Below, in pieces: positions 1 to 48,052 of a DNA stretch of 64,000 nucleotides. Below the pieces are notes generated by a model. It saw only the letters and a program-made list of their open reading frames with translations. It ran no database searches and was not told the DNA's origin. Position numbers and translations under genes: made by a program. This DNA comes from Macrostomum lignano (lineage: Eukaryota), in NCBI GenBank assembly GCA_002269645.1, contig NIVC01000846.1, positions 124,001-188,000 of the forward strand. The letters run 5' to 3'. The first letter of the stretch is position 1. Each line of letters opens with the position of its first letter.

Positions 1-420
1 TATCCCTCAGTCTAGAAATGTCCTATCCCTCAGTCTAGAAATGTCCTATCCCTTAGTCTAGAAATGTCCCATCCCTCAGTCTAGAAATGTCCCATCCCTC
101 AGTCTAGAAATGTCCCATCCTTCAGTCTAGAAATGTCCCATCCCTCAGTCTAGAAATGTCCCATCCCTCAGTCTAGAAATGTCCCATCCCTCAGTCTAGA
201 AATGTCCCATCCCTCAGTCTAGAAATGTCCCATCCCTCAGTCTAGAAATGTCCCATCCCTCAGTCTAGAAATGTCCCATCCCTCAGTCTAGAAATGTCCC
301 ATCGCTCAGCCTAGATATGTCCCATCCATCAGTCTAGAAATGTCCCATCCCTCAGCCTAGATATGTCCCATCCCTCAGTCTAGAGATGTCCCATCTCACA
401 GTCTAGAAATGTCCTATCTC
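1..420. repeat. 23-bp minisatellite (GTCCCATCCCTCAGTCTAGAAAT), truncated by window start
   Basis: About 18 tandem copies visible, degenerating toward 420; lies downstream of the Scm-like stop. Confidence 0.95.
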
Positions 421-671
421 ACATTTTCATGTTGTCTTATCTCATCTACCAGCAATTCTGTATAAACGCATTTACAAAAGATTCAAGGTAAATAAAAAGC
501 ACACAGAGGTAGACTGCACCGAACAAACAAACAAACAAACAAGCAAAAAAGCAGCCCAAAAAGCAACAAATTAGGGGCTTTGGCTGACGGCACAAGAGCA
601 CAACACAAGTGACTATTGAATTATAAGCTGGACAAAATAGCAGGAATTGACATGAAATGCTGCTGCAGTTC

Positions 672-3922
<3,251 letters not shown>

Positions 3923-3944
3923 TTAGAGTCTTTTATAATCAGAA

Positions 3945-6270
3945 GGGCAGATACACAGGGATAGGGGACAGACACATTGATTTAGGGGACAGACACATTG
4001 ATTTAGGGTACAGACAGACAGAGATAGGGGACAGACACATTGATTTAGGGTACAGACAGACAGAGATAGGGGACAGACACATTGATTTAGGGTACAAACA
4101 GACAGAGATAGGGGACAGACACAGATATAGAAGTCAGACACAGAAATAGGGACACACAGATAGGGGACAGACACACACAGATAGGGGACAGACACACACA
4201 GATAGGGGACAGACACACACAGATAGGAGACAGACACACACAGATAGGGGACAGACACACACAGATAGAGAACAGACACACACAGATAGAGAACAGACAC
4301 ACAGATAGGGACAGACACACACAGATAGGGGACAGACACACACAGATAGGAGACAGACACACACAGATAGGGGACAGACACACACAGATAGGGACAGACA
4401 CACACAGGGGACAGACACACACAGATAGGGGACAGACACACACAGATAGGGGACAGACACACACAGATAGGGACAGACACACACAGATAGGGGACAGACA
4501 CACACAGATAGGAGACAGACACACACAGATAGGGGACAGACACACACAGATAGGGACAGACACACACAGGGGACAGACACACACAGATAGGGGACAGACA
4601 CACACAGATAGGGGACAGACACACACAGATAGGGACAGACACACACAGATAGAGAACAGACACACACACAGATAGGGACAGACACACACAGATAGGGGAC
4701 AGACACACACAGATAGGGGACAGACACACACAGATAGGGACAGACACACACAGATAGAGAACAGACACACACACAGATAGGGACAGACACACACAGATAG
4801 GGGACAGACACACACAGATAGGGGACAGACACACACAGATAGGGGACAGACACACAGAGAGGGCACGCAGACACACACAGATAGGGGACAGACACACACA
4901 GATAGGGACAGACACACAGAGAGGGCACGCAGACACACACAGATAGGGGACAGACACACACAGATAGGAGACAGACACACAGAGAGGGCACGCAGACACA
5001 CACAGATAGGGGACAGACACACACAGATAGGGGACAGACACACACAGATAGGGACAGACACACAGAGAGGGCACGCAGACACACACAGATAGGGGACAGA
5101 CACACACAGATAGGGACAGACACACAGAGAGGGCACGCAGACACACACAGATAGGGGACAGACACACACAGATAGGAGACAGACACACAGAGAGGGCACG
5201 CAGACACACACAGATAGGGGACAGACACACACAGATAGGGGACAGACACACACAGATAGGGGACAGACACACACAGATAGGGACAGACACACAGAGAGGG
5301 CACGCAGACACACACAGATAGGGGACAGACACACACAGATAGGAGACAGACACACAGAGAGGGCACGCAGACACACACAGATAGGGGACAGACACACACA
5401 GATAGGGACAGACACACAGAGAGGGCACGCAGACACACACAGATAGGGGACAGACACACACAGATAGGGGACAGACACACACAGATAGGGGACAGACACA
5501 CACAGATAGGGACAGACACACAGAGAGGGCACGCAGACACACACAGATAGGGGACAGACACACACAGATAGGAGACAGACACACAGAGAGGGCACGCAGA
5601 CACACACAGATAGGGGACAGACACACACAGATAGGGACAGACACACAGAGAGGGCACGCAGACACACACAGATAGGGGACAGACACACACAGATAGGGGA
5701 CAGACACACACAGATAGGGGACAGACACACACAGATAGGGACAGACACACAGAGAGGGCACGCAGACACACACAGATAGGGGACAGACACACACAGATAG
5801 GAGACAGACACACAGAGAGGGCACGCAGACACACACAGATAGGGGACAGACACACACAGATAGAAGACAGACACACAGAGAGGGCACGCAGACACACACA
5901 GATAGGGGACAGACACACACAGATAGGGGACAGACACACACAGATAGGGGACAGACACACACAGATAGGGACAGACACACAGAGAGGGCACGCAGACACA
6001 CACAGATAGGGGACAGACACACACAGATAGGAGACAGACACACAGAGAGGGCACGCAGACACACACAGATAGGGGACAGACACACACAGATAGGGACAGA
6101 CACACAGAGAGGGCACGCAGACACACACAGATAGGGGACAGACACACACAGATAGGAGACAGACACACACAGATAGGGACAGACACACACAGATAGGAGA
6201 CAGACACACACAGATAGGGGACAGACACACACAGATAGGAGACAGACACACAGACGGGGCACGCAGACAC
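3945..6270. repeat. About 21-22-bp AC-rich minisatellite (GACAGACACACACAGATAGGG) with GAGAGGGCACGCA variant units
   Basis: About 2.3 kb tandem array between the DDX5 3' end and the Scm 5' end; source of three spurious 700+ aa ORFs. Confidence 0.95.
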
Positions 6271-6586
6271 AGTAAGCAATGCTTAAGGCCAACCAAATTC
6301 CCAGCTACACTAATAAAAAGGCGATTGCATCAGAAAGAAAAGACAGGCGAACACAAATTACACAACGAACGGATCATTGTTTCCCTTGTTGTTGACGCAT
6401 ATTATTATTTTATTTTATTACTATTGTTGTTAGATTCAGTTATTATCAAAGTTTCACATAGTTTTGCTGACATAAGACTGCAACACTTGCAGGCGACGAC
6501 GGCGGCGGCTGGGGCGACAGGAGAAGTTCCTAAGCAAGGAAAACTTGATTAATAAACAAACATAAAAATGTACTAAATTAGTATTT

Positions 6587-6677
6587 TTTATTTAAAAAGA
6601 AACAGAACAATTATAGATAATAGAACATGATAAACAGACGACACTTATAATATAATATTTAATATAAAACGTTTATT
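6587..6677 (-). terminator. Candidate polyadenylation signals of the DDX5-like gene
   Basis: Minus-strand AATAAA at 6672-6677 and 6587-6592 in an AT-rich tract 300-400 nt after the stop at 6970. Confidence 0.35.
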
Positions 6678-6969
6678 AGCTGGGCGTCACGTGACAACTA
6701 AAAATAGAATTAGTAGTATATATAGAGTGAAACTTATTTATATAGTTTTAAAAAGAGCTCCCGCCCGATCTTTATATTATTACTCTGCAGCAAAGTCACT
6801 GGGCTAATAGGGACTTTATTGCCGATTTTAAACACATGAAAAACACATACACACACGGAGAGAGAGATAACACTAGTTAATTAAAACGGAAATGTATTGC
6901 TGACAACTTCGCTTTCCACACACACACACCCCACCCCTCTTCATCAGATCGGACCGCCAACTGGGCAGC

Positions 6970-21042
<14,073 letters not shown>

Positions 21043-21607
21043 TGAAATTGTTGTTGAACAGCTTATTAAAAAGGCTTATTAAATAATCCCTCAGCAGACC
21101 CACCGTACGAAAAAAAGTGAAGTGGTAGTGCAGTAAGTTATTGGATGATGATTCAACACAGTTAAATATGCAAATTTCAAATTTAAAAACGGTGTTCAGT
21201 GTAAACAAAATAAACTTGTTTTGTGCTAAAGTATTGTATAATATATAAATCCGATTGTTGTATATAGAGTTTTGTTACTTTCCTTATTTTTTCTACGATT
21301 TTTTATACGGTACATAAAATATGATAATTTTTATCGCGCTAACATGATTTCTTATTTCGAATATTTTTACGTATCACATCACATGGTATAACAGTCATCA
21401 GGACAAAGCTAGTGTGTGTGGCACTTAATTACTTCTGTGAAAATAGGTCATATTAGTAAATACTATTGGATTTTTTTCAGATTTAATATTTATAAAATAA
21501 GCTATTTTAGTAACTTTCATACATTTGTTGCTGAATGAAATCTTCTACTCTGTAAGAATTAAGATTTCTCGAGACTCCTTGGGAGTCGAGAACGTTACCG
21601 CTGAAGT
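21043..21607. promoter_or_regulatory. Putative bidirectional promoter between DDX5-like (minus) and DOK7-like (plus)
   Basis: Only 565 bp separate the two divergent inferred start codons; AT-rich, repeat-free. Confidence 0.5.
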
Positions 21608-38101
<16,494 letters not shown>

Positions 38102-38124
<23 letters not shown>

Positions 38125-38749
38125 TGATATTGAACCACAGACTACTGGTAGTAATGCGGCTCGGTTAAATCTGATTGATGATATTGAACCACAGACTACT
38201 GGTAGTAATGCGGCTCGGTTAAATCTGATTGATGATATTGAACCACAGACTACTGGTAGTAATGCGGCTCGGTTAAATCTGATTGATGATATTGAACCAC
38301 AGACTACTGGTAGTAATGCGGCTCGGTTACATCTGATTGATGATATTGAACCACAGACTACTGGTAGTAATGCGGCTCGGTTAAATCTGATTGATGATAT
38401 TGAACCACAGACTACTGGTAGTAATGCGGCTCGGTTAAATCTGATTGATGATATTGAACCACAGACTACTGGTAGTAATGCGGCTCGGTTACATCTGATT
38501 GATGATATTGAACCACAGACTACTGGTAGTAATGCGGCTCGGTTACATCTGATTGATGATATTGAACCACAGACTACTGGTAGTAATGCGGCTCGGTTAA
38601 ATCTGATTGATGATATTGAACCACAGACTACTGGTAGTAATGCGGCTCGGTTAAATCTGATTGATGATATTGAACCACAGACTACTGGTAGTAATGCGGC
38701 TCGGTTAAATCTGATTGATGATATTGAACCACAGACTACTGGTAGTAAT
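38102..38749. repeat. 54-bp x 12 tandem repeat whose unit contains the last codons and stop of the DOK7-like gene
   Basis: GCGGCTCGGTTA(A/C)ATCTGATTGATGATATTGAACCACAGACTACTGGTAGTAAT; 648 bp = exactly 12 units. Confidence 0.97.
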
Positions 38750-39221
38750 GCATGAGGTGACGCGTTTACCGCAGAGCTGCTCTGCTCCCAGACTTGTAAT
38801 CGTACTCGAATTTTGATCAGAATTTTTCTACCTCTACGTCTGCTTGATCTGATTTGCTGTTGTCTTGTGCCGGCCTTCGGGCTTGAAGACCCCTTCTGTG
38901 CCGCTACTCTGCTTCCCCACGCCCCAGCTGTGCAATCAGCTGCTTCTCAGACACACTTTTTCCACTAATATAGAAATCGTTTCTGACAATTTTACTCACG
39001 ACTAAGTTCTTCTTTCGTGCAATTTCTTTTTTTCTCAGGTGCAGTATTTTTGTCGCTCCGAGCACTATCCTTTTGATTGGTCCGTATTGTTATTGTTTAA
39101 TCCGACTTCTGATTTGCTGTACTGTCTTGATAGCACCATGCAATTAATTATGCACAGGTGTTAATGAGCTGCGGTAGCTGAGACTTCTCGTGCCACGGTC
39201 TTGTGATCCTGTGCCCCATGT

Positions 39222-40910
39222 GACACTCCCACAGCCTTCCCCCTGACACTCCCAGCCTTCCCCTGACACTCTCACAGCCTTCCCCTTGACACTCTCACAG
39301 CCTTCCCCCTGACACTCCCAGCCTTCCCCCTGACACTCTCACAGCCTTCCCCTTGACACTCTCACAGCCTTCCCCTTGACACTCTCACAGCCTTCCCCTT
39401 GACACTCTCACAGCCTTCCCCTTGACACTCCCACAGCCTTCCCCCTGACACTCCCACAGCCTTCCCCCTGACACTCCCACAGCCTTCCCCCTGACACTCC
39501 CACAGCCTTCCCCTTGACACTCCCACAACCTTCCCCTTGACACTCCCACAGCCTTCCCTTTGACACTCCCACAGCCTTCCCCCTGACACTCCCACAGCCT
39601 TCCCCTTGACACTCCCACAGCCTTCCCCTTGACACTCCCACAGCCTTCCCCTTGACACTCCCACAGCCTTCCCCCTCACACTGCTCTAGAAGGGCACCGA
39701 GGGTGAAAAAAATGTACAGAAGAAAATTTTTGCATTTTTGCACTCAGTGGACTGGCCCTTATACCTGGGTGTAATATAAAAAAAATCTGCCAATTTGTTT
39801 CCAGAAAATTGGCCTTTTCTGCTTTTTCTGCAACAGTCTGCTTTTAGTTGTCAAAAATCTGGAAATTAAAAATGTTATGCTCAATTTCTTGACTTTTTGG
39901 ATACGTGATAATATTTTCAAATGTAAATTCGTGAATTTAGGGGAATTGCGCAATATAAAAGTTGGCTTGAGGGTCACAAATGCTGAACATTATAGTTTTG
40001 CATGCATTTGGCAATATATAGCTTGGAGCTGAGTCATAACCATAATTTGATCAATGTATACAATCAGTTTAAAGGAAAATTTGTTATTTGACTGATTGAG
40101 TACAATGACTGATACAACAGAATACGCTCGTAGACAAATTAAAATCAATTGGACCCATAATCCACGTACAGATGTACATTTTCTACTTCTTATTTCAACT
40201 CTTCCTACTGCTAGTGTATTTATTGCATCAGAATTTCAATTTGTTGAGTAGCCAAGTGAAGTGTACTCCAGGTGAGTCACGTAAGTATTATTGTGTGTAT
40301 ATATATATACATATATATATACACATATACATATATATATATATGTATATGTATATATATGCACTGAGTGCGGAATTTTCGCAAAATGGCAGAGCCAACT
40401 TTTTGAAAGCAATAAGGCTAATATTTGCGCATTTTCCTAATTTCTTGTGAATTATGAGCGTACATAATGAAAATATCATCAGGTATGGAATTTATTAAAT
40501 TGTCTATGGCTGAAACATCCTGGCAGCTTATAGCAGTCATCAAAGAGGTCATTACTGTGTAGTGACATTTTGATCAATGCCACATATCCAAAAAGTCAAG
40601 AAATTGAGCACAACATTTTTAATTTCCAGATTTTTGACAACTAAAAGCAGACTGTTGCAGAAAAAGCAGAAAAGGCCAATTTTCTGGAAACAAATTGGCA
40701 GATTTTTTTTATATTACACCCAGGTATAAGGGCCAGTCCACTGAGTGCAAAAATGCAAAAATTTTCTTCTGTACATTTTTTTCACCCTCGGTGCCCTTCT
40801 AGAGCAGTGTGCCCTGACACTCCCACAGCCTTCCCCCTGAAACTCTCACAGCCTTCCCCCTGACACTCCCACAGCCTTCCCCCTGACACTCCCACAGCCT
40901 CCCCCTGACA
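39222..40910. repeat. 23-bp minisatellite (CCCTTGACACTCCCACAGCCTTC) split by a transposon insertion
   Basis: Copies at 39222-39676 and again at 40812-40910 on the far side of the MITE. Confidence 0.9.
39677..40811. mobile_element. Non-autonomous DNA transposon (MITE) with long TIRs, CMC/Chapaev-like
   Basis: 1135 bp; 231-bp inverted repeats (39677-39907 vs 40581-40811, two mismatches seen); 5'-CAC...GTG-3' termini; 4-bp TSD CCCT (39673-39676 / 40812-40815); internal (TA)-rich tract and no transposase ORF. Confidence 0.85.
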
Positions 40911-43900
40911 TTCATTCACACAGCCTGGCCTGACACCTCTCAGCTACTCAATCTCTGAGCAGCATCATAGTTGAGTATTATTTACATACTTCTTACGCGA
41001 TAACACAGTGTAAAATTTGCTGTAATGTACAGCCTGCAACCTTTCGGTTCTTCTGTTTCATAACTTTTTTCTCTTTGACTGTTGTGCTGCAGAATTTTTT
41101 TTCCTGACAAAGTTTTCTGCTCAGCTCGCACCCAACCCTCTGCTTTACCTGCAGATAATTAAAATAATCATAAATTTTACCGCTGTATTTTTTCCTTTTA
41201 CTCAAAGCCAAAAACGCCATGTGCACAGCTATTATCTATTTAGATTCTGAGCAATTTACACAGCTATTTAATGCAGCTGCTGTTTAATGTCCTGACTGTA
41301 CACATCTGCCTATTTTATTGAGCTATACTTAGCTTTAACTAAGCGAATTTAGATAATATATTTACGCAATGCTTCTGAGTAAAACCTCGTCTAAATTCGT
41401 CTGGGTAATTTGCTTATGCAGAAAAAATTATACGAGTACATGCGAGCGTGGTGTTTAATTAAGCTTTGAAAGTCTTACTTTAAAGAGGCTTTCACGAACA
41501 GACTCCATCATCGAGTGATCTTTTATGCTGACAATTATTTTACATGGAGATTTCTCCAGATTCTAATGATAACATACGTGCAAAAATCAACTATTACATG
41601 TATGGATGCAAGTACGAGAATAAACCAATTGGTTGCAGCCTTCTTGGAAATGCGAAAAGCCGAAAACAGAATCGCGGTTCAAGAAATGTTCTGGGCAGGA
41701 GCTGAAAGCTCAAAAAAACCTGAAATAGTTGCTATGCATAAAGTTGCTGTGCGTAAAATCTTGCAATCAGGATCGTGCAATACCTAACGGCGAAGTCCCA
41801 CACATCAGAAGTCGTTTTTCAAGGAAAATGGCGAATGAGTAGCTTAGTTTGCATAGCCGATGTGTTTAAATTTAAAGTAGCAAGGTATAATCGGCGAAAT
41901 TTACGCTCGTAAAGTACCCATTTGACAAGGTAGCGCTGGCGGATCCAGGGTAGGGGGGCATTCAGCTGCAGGACAAATGTATTCGCTTGTTGTAGTTTTA
42001 AGATTGTTCAATTACATATCTAAACCCTGACCAACTCAAATCGATGTTAAAACAGCACCTCGAAGACGAGCTTGAACTTATCGTCGAATTATGCTCGGAT
42101 GTGATAGATTTCACAGAAATAAATTTACAAGGTCAAGTGCACTTATGTTGCATACATATTTGTAAGCCAAAGCTCTTGTAATAAAAGATGATCCATAATT
42201 ATAGCGGTGCAGAGGGTTCTTTAAATTGAAAAGAATCCTCTTTTTCAAATAAGAGTCACAGATGATACTAGCTCGTACTTAATCTACGATTAATTCAGAC
42301 CTTCGATTTAAAGTTTGTCACGACTTGCACTAGATAGTTAGCGAGAGTAACCGCTTACATTTATAGTGTCACAAAAACGCCGAAATTTAATCCAATACTC
42401 GTACTGTGCAAAACTGTCTGCTCCTGTTTCGTACGGCTTAAAAGATTACAGACGAAAGGTTTGCTAATAAAAAAATAAGACGGAAGACCATGAGGGAATT
42501 TTTTTCAAAAAAGGAATTTTGGTACTGAAAAATGACTTTTAGAAAATAGGCTTATTATTAAAAAAGAAAATTTTGAACACGAAAAAGTGAATTTGGAGTT
42601 TTATCTGACAAAGAGATGTTATAGTTTATCCAGCGTAGATGCGTGGATATGAAAAAAATCGTACGCCGTGCCGCTGATGGTAATTTAGTTGTAAAACCGT
42701 ATAAATGCATTTGCTATTTAACTGACAGATGGCAGGCGTTATGCCCGCAAGTTTGGCGCGGCTAAGGCCATACAGAGCATACTAGTATAGAATATTAGTT
42801 AAATTAGTTGCCCGGCATATTTGTCAATCAATACAGTCCAACAAGCCGCCAACATAGTCCGAAACGGACAAAAGCACAAGCATCGGTAGGGCAGTGATAA
42901 ATATACGGTACAACATTAGACTGCGGTAGGTAGGTTATACTGGAGTCTTTCCATGGCAAAAGGGAGTGGTCAAAGACGGTTTTGATTGAGACATGTCTAA
43001 GTTTGAAACGATGCTAGCTGGGCGATCACATGAGCTCACCGTTGAACTCGTTCGGACAAAAACCACTTAAGCCACAAATGCGACATGGGACAGACTCTAA
43101 TAATAAACTTGGGAATGACTTGCTCGCTGATATCAAGTGAAAAGCATGCAGTAGATAGTGAGTTTGCTTGAAACATAAGAGCTGGCTCAGAATATTATCA
43201 ATATTGCGTTAAATACAGGTTATATTAAAGTATAAACTGGTCAAACATCTCTATACGATACAAGTTGCTGCAGAACAGGGTGTACGGAAATAAAGGGCTA
43301 CTGTAACAGGATCATCATTTAGAATTTTAACAAATGTAATGCCTGGCACGGTGAAAGATTCATTTCCATGCTGCATACGGTGGCTAGACTGTTCACAAAA
43401 TTCGAATAATAGCTCTGGATGTGAAACTGAAAGCCTGGACGCCTTTCAATCGAATAATGAAGTTAGAAAATATTAACTAAGAATACAGGAAACAGTCATG
43501 GACAAAGTACTGAAGCGACGAGATTGGGAGCACACAAATACATGTTTGAGGCATGGAAGCCTAACAAGACACGACCACAGCAGCAAATATAGTCATTATA
43601 AGGTAGCCACTGGTCGCTAGATAGATATTCGTTATTGCACCGGAAAGATTAGGGGCCGAAGCAGATGATGAGAGTAACAAAACAAAGGTACAATGTTATT
43701 CAATACACTATTTCAGGACAAAGGGGAAGAATTCTCTTGAGAAATGAGAAATAGGATTTAATACGCGTAATCAAGTAATATTAGCACACAAGTTAGTGGA
43801 CACTGTTTGGGTTGCGTAGAAATTGAAAGGAAAAGGAAGATGCGGATTATACAAATAGTATGGTGGATTGCATTTTGTACAGGGTGGCAGTCACTTTTAG

Positions 43901-44333
43901 CTTAGTTCTACTGAAAGCACGTAACATGTACAGAGGGATCTAGGCGCAACACGAGCGCATTGGAAAGTAGTAATATATTAGGAAGATAGAAGCAAACAGG
44001 TACAGCGTGTCAATTCAAACAGACAAACATCATTGCAAAGCGCGTCAATGAAAGACTGCAGCCAACCATAGATATAAGTTACAAATGTATTACTAGAATT
44101 GAAAATCATCGAATTTAATTACGCGAATACAGCTATAACAGGCAACAAAAAAGAAAATAATAGTCTAAAAATAGATGCACCACAAGTGTCCGCTAGGCAT
44201 TTTTAAGCTCCAATTATTTACTACTAATATCGGAAAAGTTTCAATTCAATGATGAACAGACGGGACACCTGCAGCATAACTATTCGTTGACTACAGAGAC
44301 AGTAAGTTATTTACACACAACGCCGCGCCTCAG

Positions 44334-46424
44334 CTACTGAGTCGGCCCATTGAGAGTTTGCTGCTCCTGAATGAACTGGAGGCCCTTGCCAGAAGCCAGC
44401 ATAGCCTTGGTCTCATCATCTAGCTCGCCTTCCTGCTGGTACTCGGATACGTACAGGCGCTTGTCGATCAGCTTGGGGATGGCCTTAATCTCCGTGTTCA
44501 GCTGCTGCTCAATCTGTTTAAGAGCAAAGCGGTCGTCGTACGTGATGAGGTTGATAGCGATGCCCAGGTGTCCGTAGCGGCCAGAGCGGCCAATGCGGTG
44601 CAGGTAAGTCTCTGCGTACTTTGGAAAGTCGAAGTTAATAACGACATTGACGGAAGGAATGTCGATACCGCGGGTGAATAAGTCTGTGCAGACGAGATTG
44701 CGGCAGTGGCCCTGACGGAAGTCATGGAAGACGCGATTACGAAAGTGTTGCGACATTCGGGCGTGAATGTAGTAGCACGAGTAGCCAAGCTCAGTGATTT
44801 TCTTGGCAAGAAGTTCCACGCGCTGAGCAGTGTTGCAGAAGATAATCGACTGGTTGATTTGAAGCTTAGAGAACAGAGTGTTGAGGCAATGAACCTGAAA
44901 CGCAAGAATTGTTGTAAATTATATCTACTTTTAATTAAGCTCCCGTCCTCCTAACAACATAACAGAAGCCTCTCAGCATTAGCATGGACTAGCATATCAT
45001 TGGAATCAAATCCTTAAAAAATCTTCATCACAAAGGTAATGATTAAAATTTAACAATAGAATAACAGTTTGACACATTGACAGGAACAAAGCCGGATCAG
45101 TGCTTACCTTGTGCTTCTCCTGAACATAGGCGTAGAACTGAGTTATACCCTTCAGGGTCAGCTCCTCCATTAGGTTGATCTCGTATGGAGTACGCAGGTA
45201 AGTCTCCATAAACTCTTGGACGGTGAGTGGAAACGTGGCGGAAAACAGGAGAATTTGTCGATCCTTGGGCAGTCGTGAGATGATGCCGCTCAGCATTATC
45301 TAAATAAAAATAAAAATCGTATTAGTTGGTTGAACGCAACTGAAATGCACGGCATCTATTGAGATTTTTAATAGTGACAACTACTTTGTTCAGACAATAT
45401 ATACTAGATTTCATAGGGTATCAAACCCGAAAGATGTAACATCATATATTAATAACATTAATAAATAATTATAGTCAGTGCGTATGCTTCCACACCTTTA
45501 GTTATCAAAGATCACTTACACTAGGACAGGATGGAGGTGAGGACTAAGGCTGTGCCTTTTTAATTTTAATTACAGACCCTCGTTTAGGCTTAAATTTGCA
45601 AATTTAAAAAATTACCTTAAAATCCTGCGAGAGAAGCTTATCTGCCTCATCTAGCACCAACGTTTTGCAAACATCAGTCTTCAGCACATCCTTTTTAAGA
45701 AGATCAAGTACTCGACCAGGAGTAGCAATTACGAGATGAACCTCTTCATCTAGGCGCATGATGTCATCTTTAAGATTTGTGCCACCCGTAGTAACCATGA
45801 TCTGTATGCGATTGAAGTGCAGTCAGCTTTAATTACCATTAATAACGCAGATTTTAAAAAATGAGCATTTCGAAAAATTGGGCTGGGACACATAGCTGGC
45901 TATGACAAATCAAGCAAATATTTACCTTGGCACCAGTGTGCTTCGCCAATTCTATACATATTTGGCTAGTTTGCAGAGCAAGCTCGCGAGTAGGAACGAT
46001 TATCATAGATTGTACTGCATTTTTGCTAGTGTCGATCTTCTCTAGCAGAGGGATGCAGTAGGCACCAGTTTTGCCAGTGCCATTCTTGGCCCTAACAGTT
46101 AAGAATATGTGAACAGATTTACTTTTGTAAAACGTTTCGAATTTGATGTTTAAAAGGTACAGCTGAAAGTAAAAATTCTTACCTGGCGAGGACGTCTCGG
46201 CCTGTAAGAGCAATAGGGATGCTAGCCTCTTGAATTGGCGATGGCTTTTCCCATCCTTTCTCATAAATGCCCATTAGAAGATCGCGCTTTAGGTTGAAAT
46301 CCTCAAAAGCATTGCCTTTCGTCGATGTAACATCGACAGTTCGAAGACGATTATCCTTTGGAGGCAGCTTGAGGCCATCTTTCCAGTCCTGGGAATCACC
46401 CTTCTGGGAAGCAGTACGCTCCAT
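44334..46424 (-). CDS. DDX6: DEAD-box RNA helicase DDX6 (me31B/Dhh1/CGH-1), 448 aa
   Basis: Exons 46424-46183 ([12 protein letters not shown]...[10 protein letters not shown]), 46091-45926 ([16 protein letters not shown]), 45801-45616 ([16 protein letters not shown]), 45299-45108 ([16 protein letters not shown]) and 44894-44334 ([15 protein letters not shown]...TRGID...[10 protein letters not shown]). All GT-AG with consistent phases; in-frame stop upstream of the ATG. Confidence 0.97.
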
Positions 46425-48052
46425 AAATGCAGCAAATGAGTAGATAATAACTCGAGATCACAGATAATAAAATGCAAATTCAAGGTCCAATCTGAAAGCA
46501 AGAAGGTTGTTCTATAAAATATACATCCTAAACAAAAAGCAAATATTTTTTACAGATAATGTGGTAATTATCTTTAATGGCTCTATATTTTAGGACTTAA
46601 AATGCTATAATCTCAATCCCTTATAGATATTAAAATGATTGAATATGAACTTTTTTACCTAATCAGACATTATATAAACAATAGGAAATGTGCAAGTTTA
46701 CACATTGAGTTAACTTAAGGTTTAACAAAAATTATAGTTTATAGAGTTTATACAAAATTTATTGATGTATATTGATATAATAAAATATAAAAAACTAAAA
46801 TATTATTCAATTACACTGCATTTTGTTTGTATTCTAGTATTTAACAGTTATAATAGTTATATTTAAATAGGTTAATTAAAATACTATATAACATATATAT
46901 GCAACACCTGGCCTATGTGGCTAGCTGGCAAGGGGCCTAGCCAAGGTAAGTCACAAAAATGCCCACATAAAGATACAGATGTAGTATTATTCTAATTATA
47001 TAATAAAACATTTAGCCCAAATAAAACGTTACTCTTGCCATTTAACCAAAATTGAATTAATTTTGCTTTAGGTTTTTTATATATAGGTTGCATTTTTGGT
47101 CAAAAAGCAATTTATATAGCTAATGTTAATCAGGGGGGTTGCATATGTATGCTATATAATAAAGCCAAATATATAAGCATATATTTATTTATTTGAAAAA
47201 AATTATTAATTATTAATTATAAATATAAATACAAACCCTTAAAACCAGTACACTGTACATTAAACTATGTAATTTTATTGCTTTATTATAGCCAATGGCC
47301 ACTTTTGCAAATAGCATTTAGCACAAATTGGCCTTTAGTAATGCAAGCATGGTCTGGTGCATTGCATGATTGGGCATTAAAAAGGGGGCATCTAATGCAG
47401 TTTAGACTTTAGTTACAAAAGGGTTTTAATGATTTCAGGCATATGGCATATACAGTTCTATTTTTTCTGCAATAAAGATACATCATAACTTTTAACCCTG
47501 AATCCAAATCATATCCTAAATTTAGATCTTGGATACAATTTTGCATCTTAGTGCCAATGAAAAAACCAATATACCACTATAGAAGAGAAGTTTTATTATC
47601 CTAATTTTTTAGATAAAATTAAAAGCTTTACGAATATCAATAGAGCTATACAAAAAGCAAAATATCAAAAGACTAACATCTAGTTGGCATTAATGTTTAC
47701 ATAGTCTAAAAGTTAGGGCTTAGAAACAATGCACAGATTGCACACAAATTGTCCCTAAAAAGTTTATTCCAGCGCACACTGCCACCTTCCTGAATTCTCA
47801 TGCTAATGGACTCAACAGAGTATGGGGTTCTACGCAAAAATGAATTTTCATAAATAATAGGCCCCGGCCCTAGTGAATAAGCCTGCACGTTAGATATTAG
47901 GAATACAACTTACACAATTATAGAATCCAATAAAAATAGCCTACGGCCAAATATATAATTGCTTTGCTTTGCAGTAACTAGTTATGCCTTCAAAATTTGA
48001 TCAATTACTAGCTGTTGAATAAACGAGAACATTGATTTATAATATTACTTAC

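Noticed and set aside
3923-6296. Three overlapping 720-789 aa Cys/Val/Leu-rich ORFs
   Set aside because: All three minus frames are open because the repeat unit lacks stops; no domain signal.
41930-41960. GCTGGCGGATCCAGGG(T)AGGGGGG resembling another MITE end
   Set aside because: No matching opposite terminus or TSD found.
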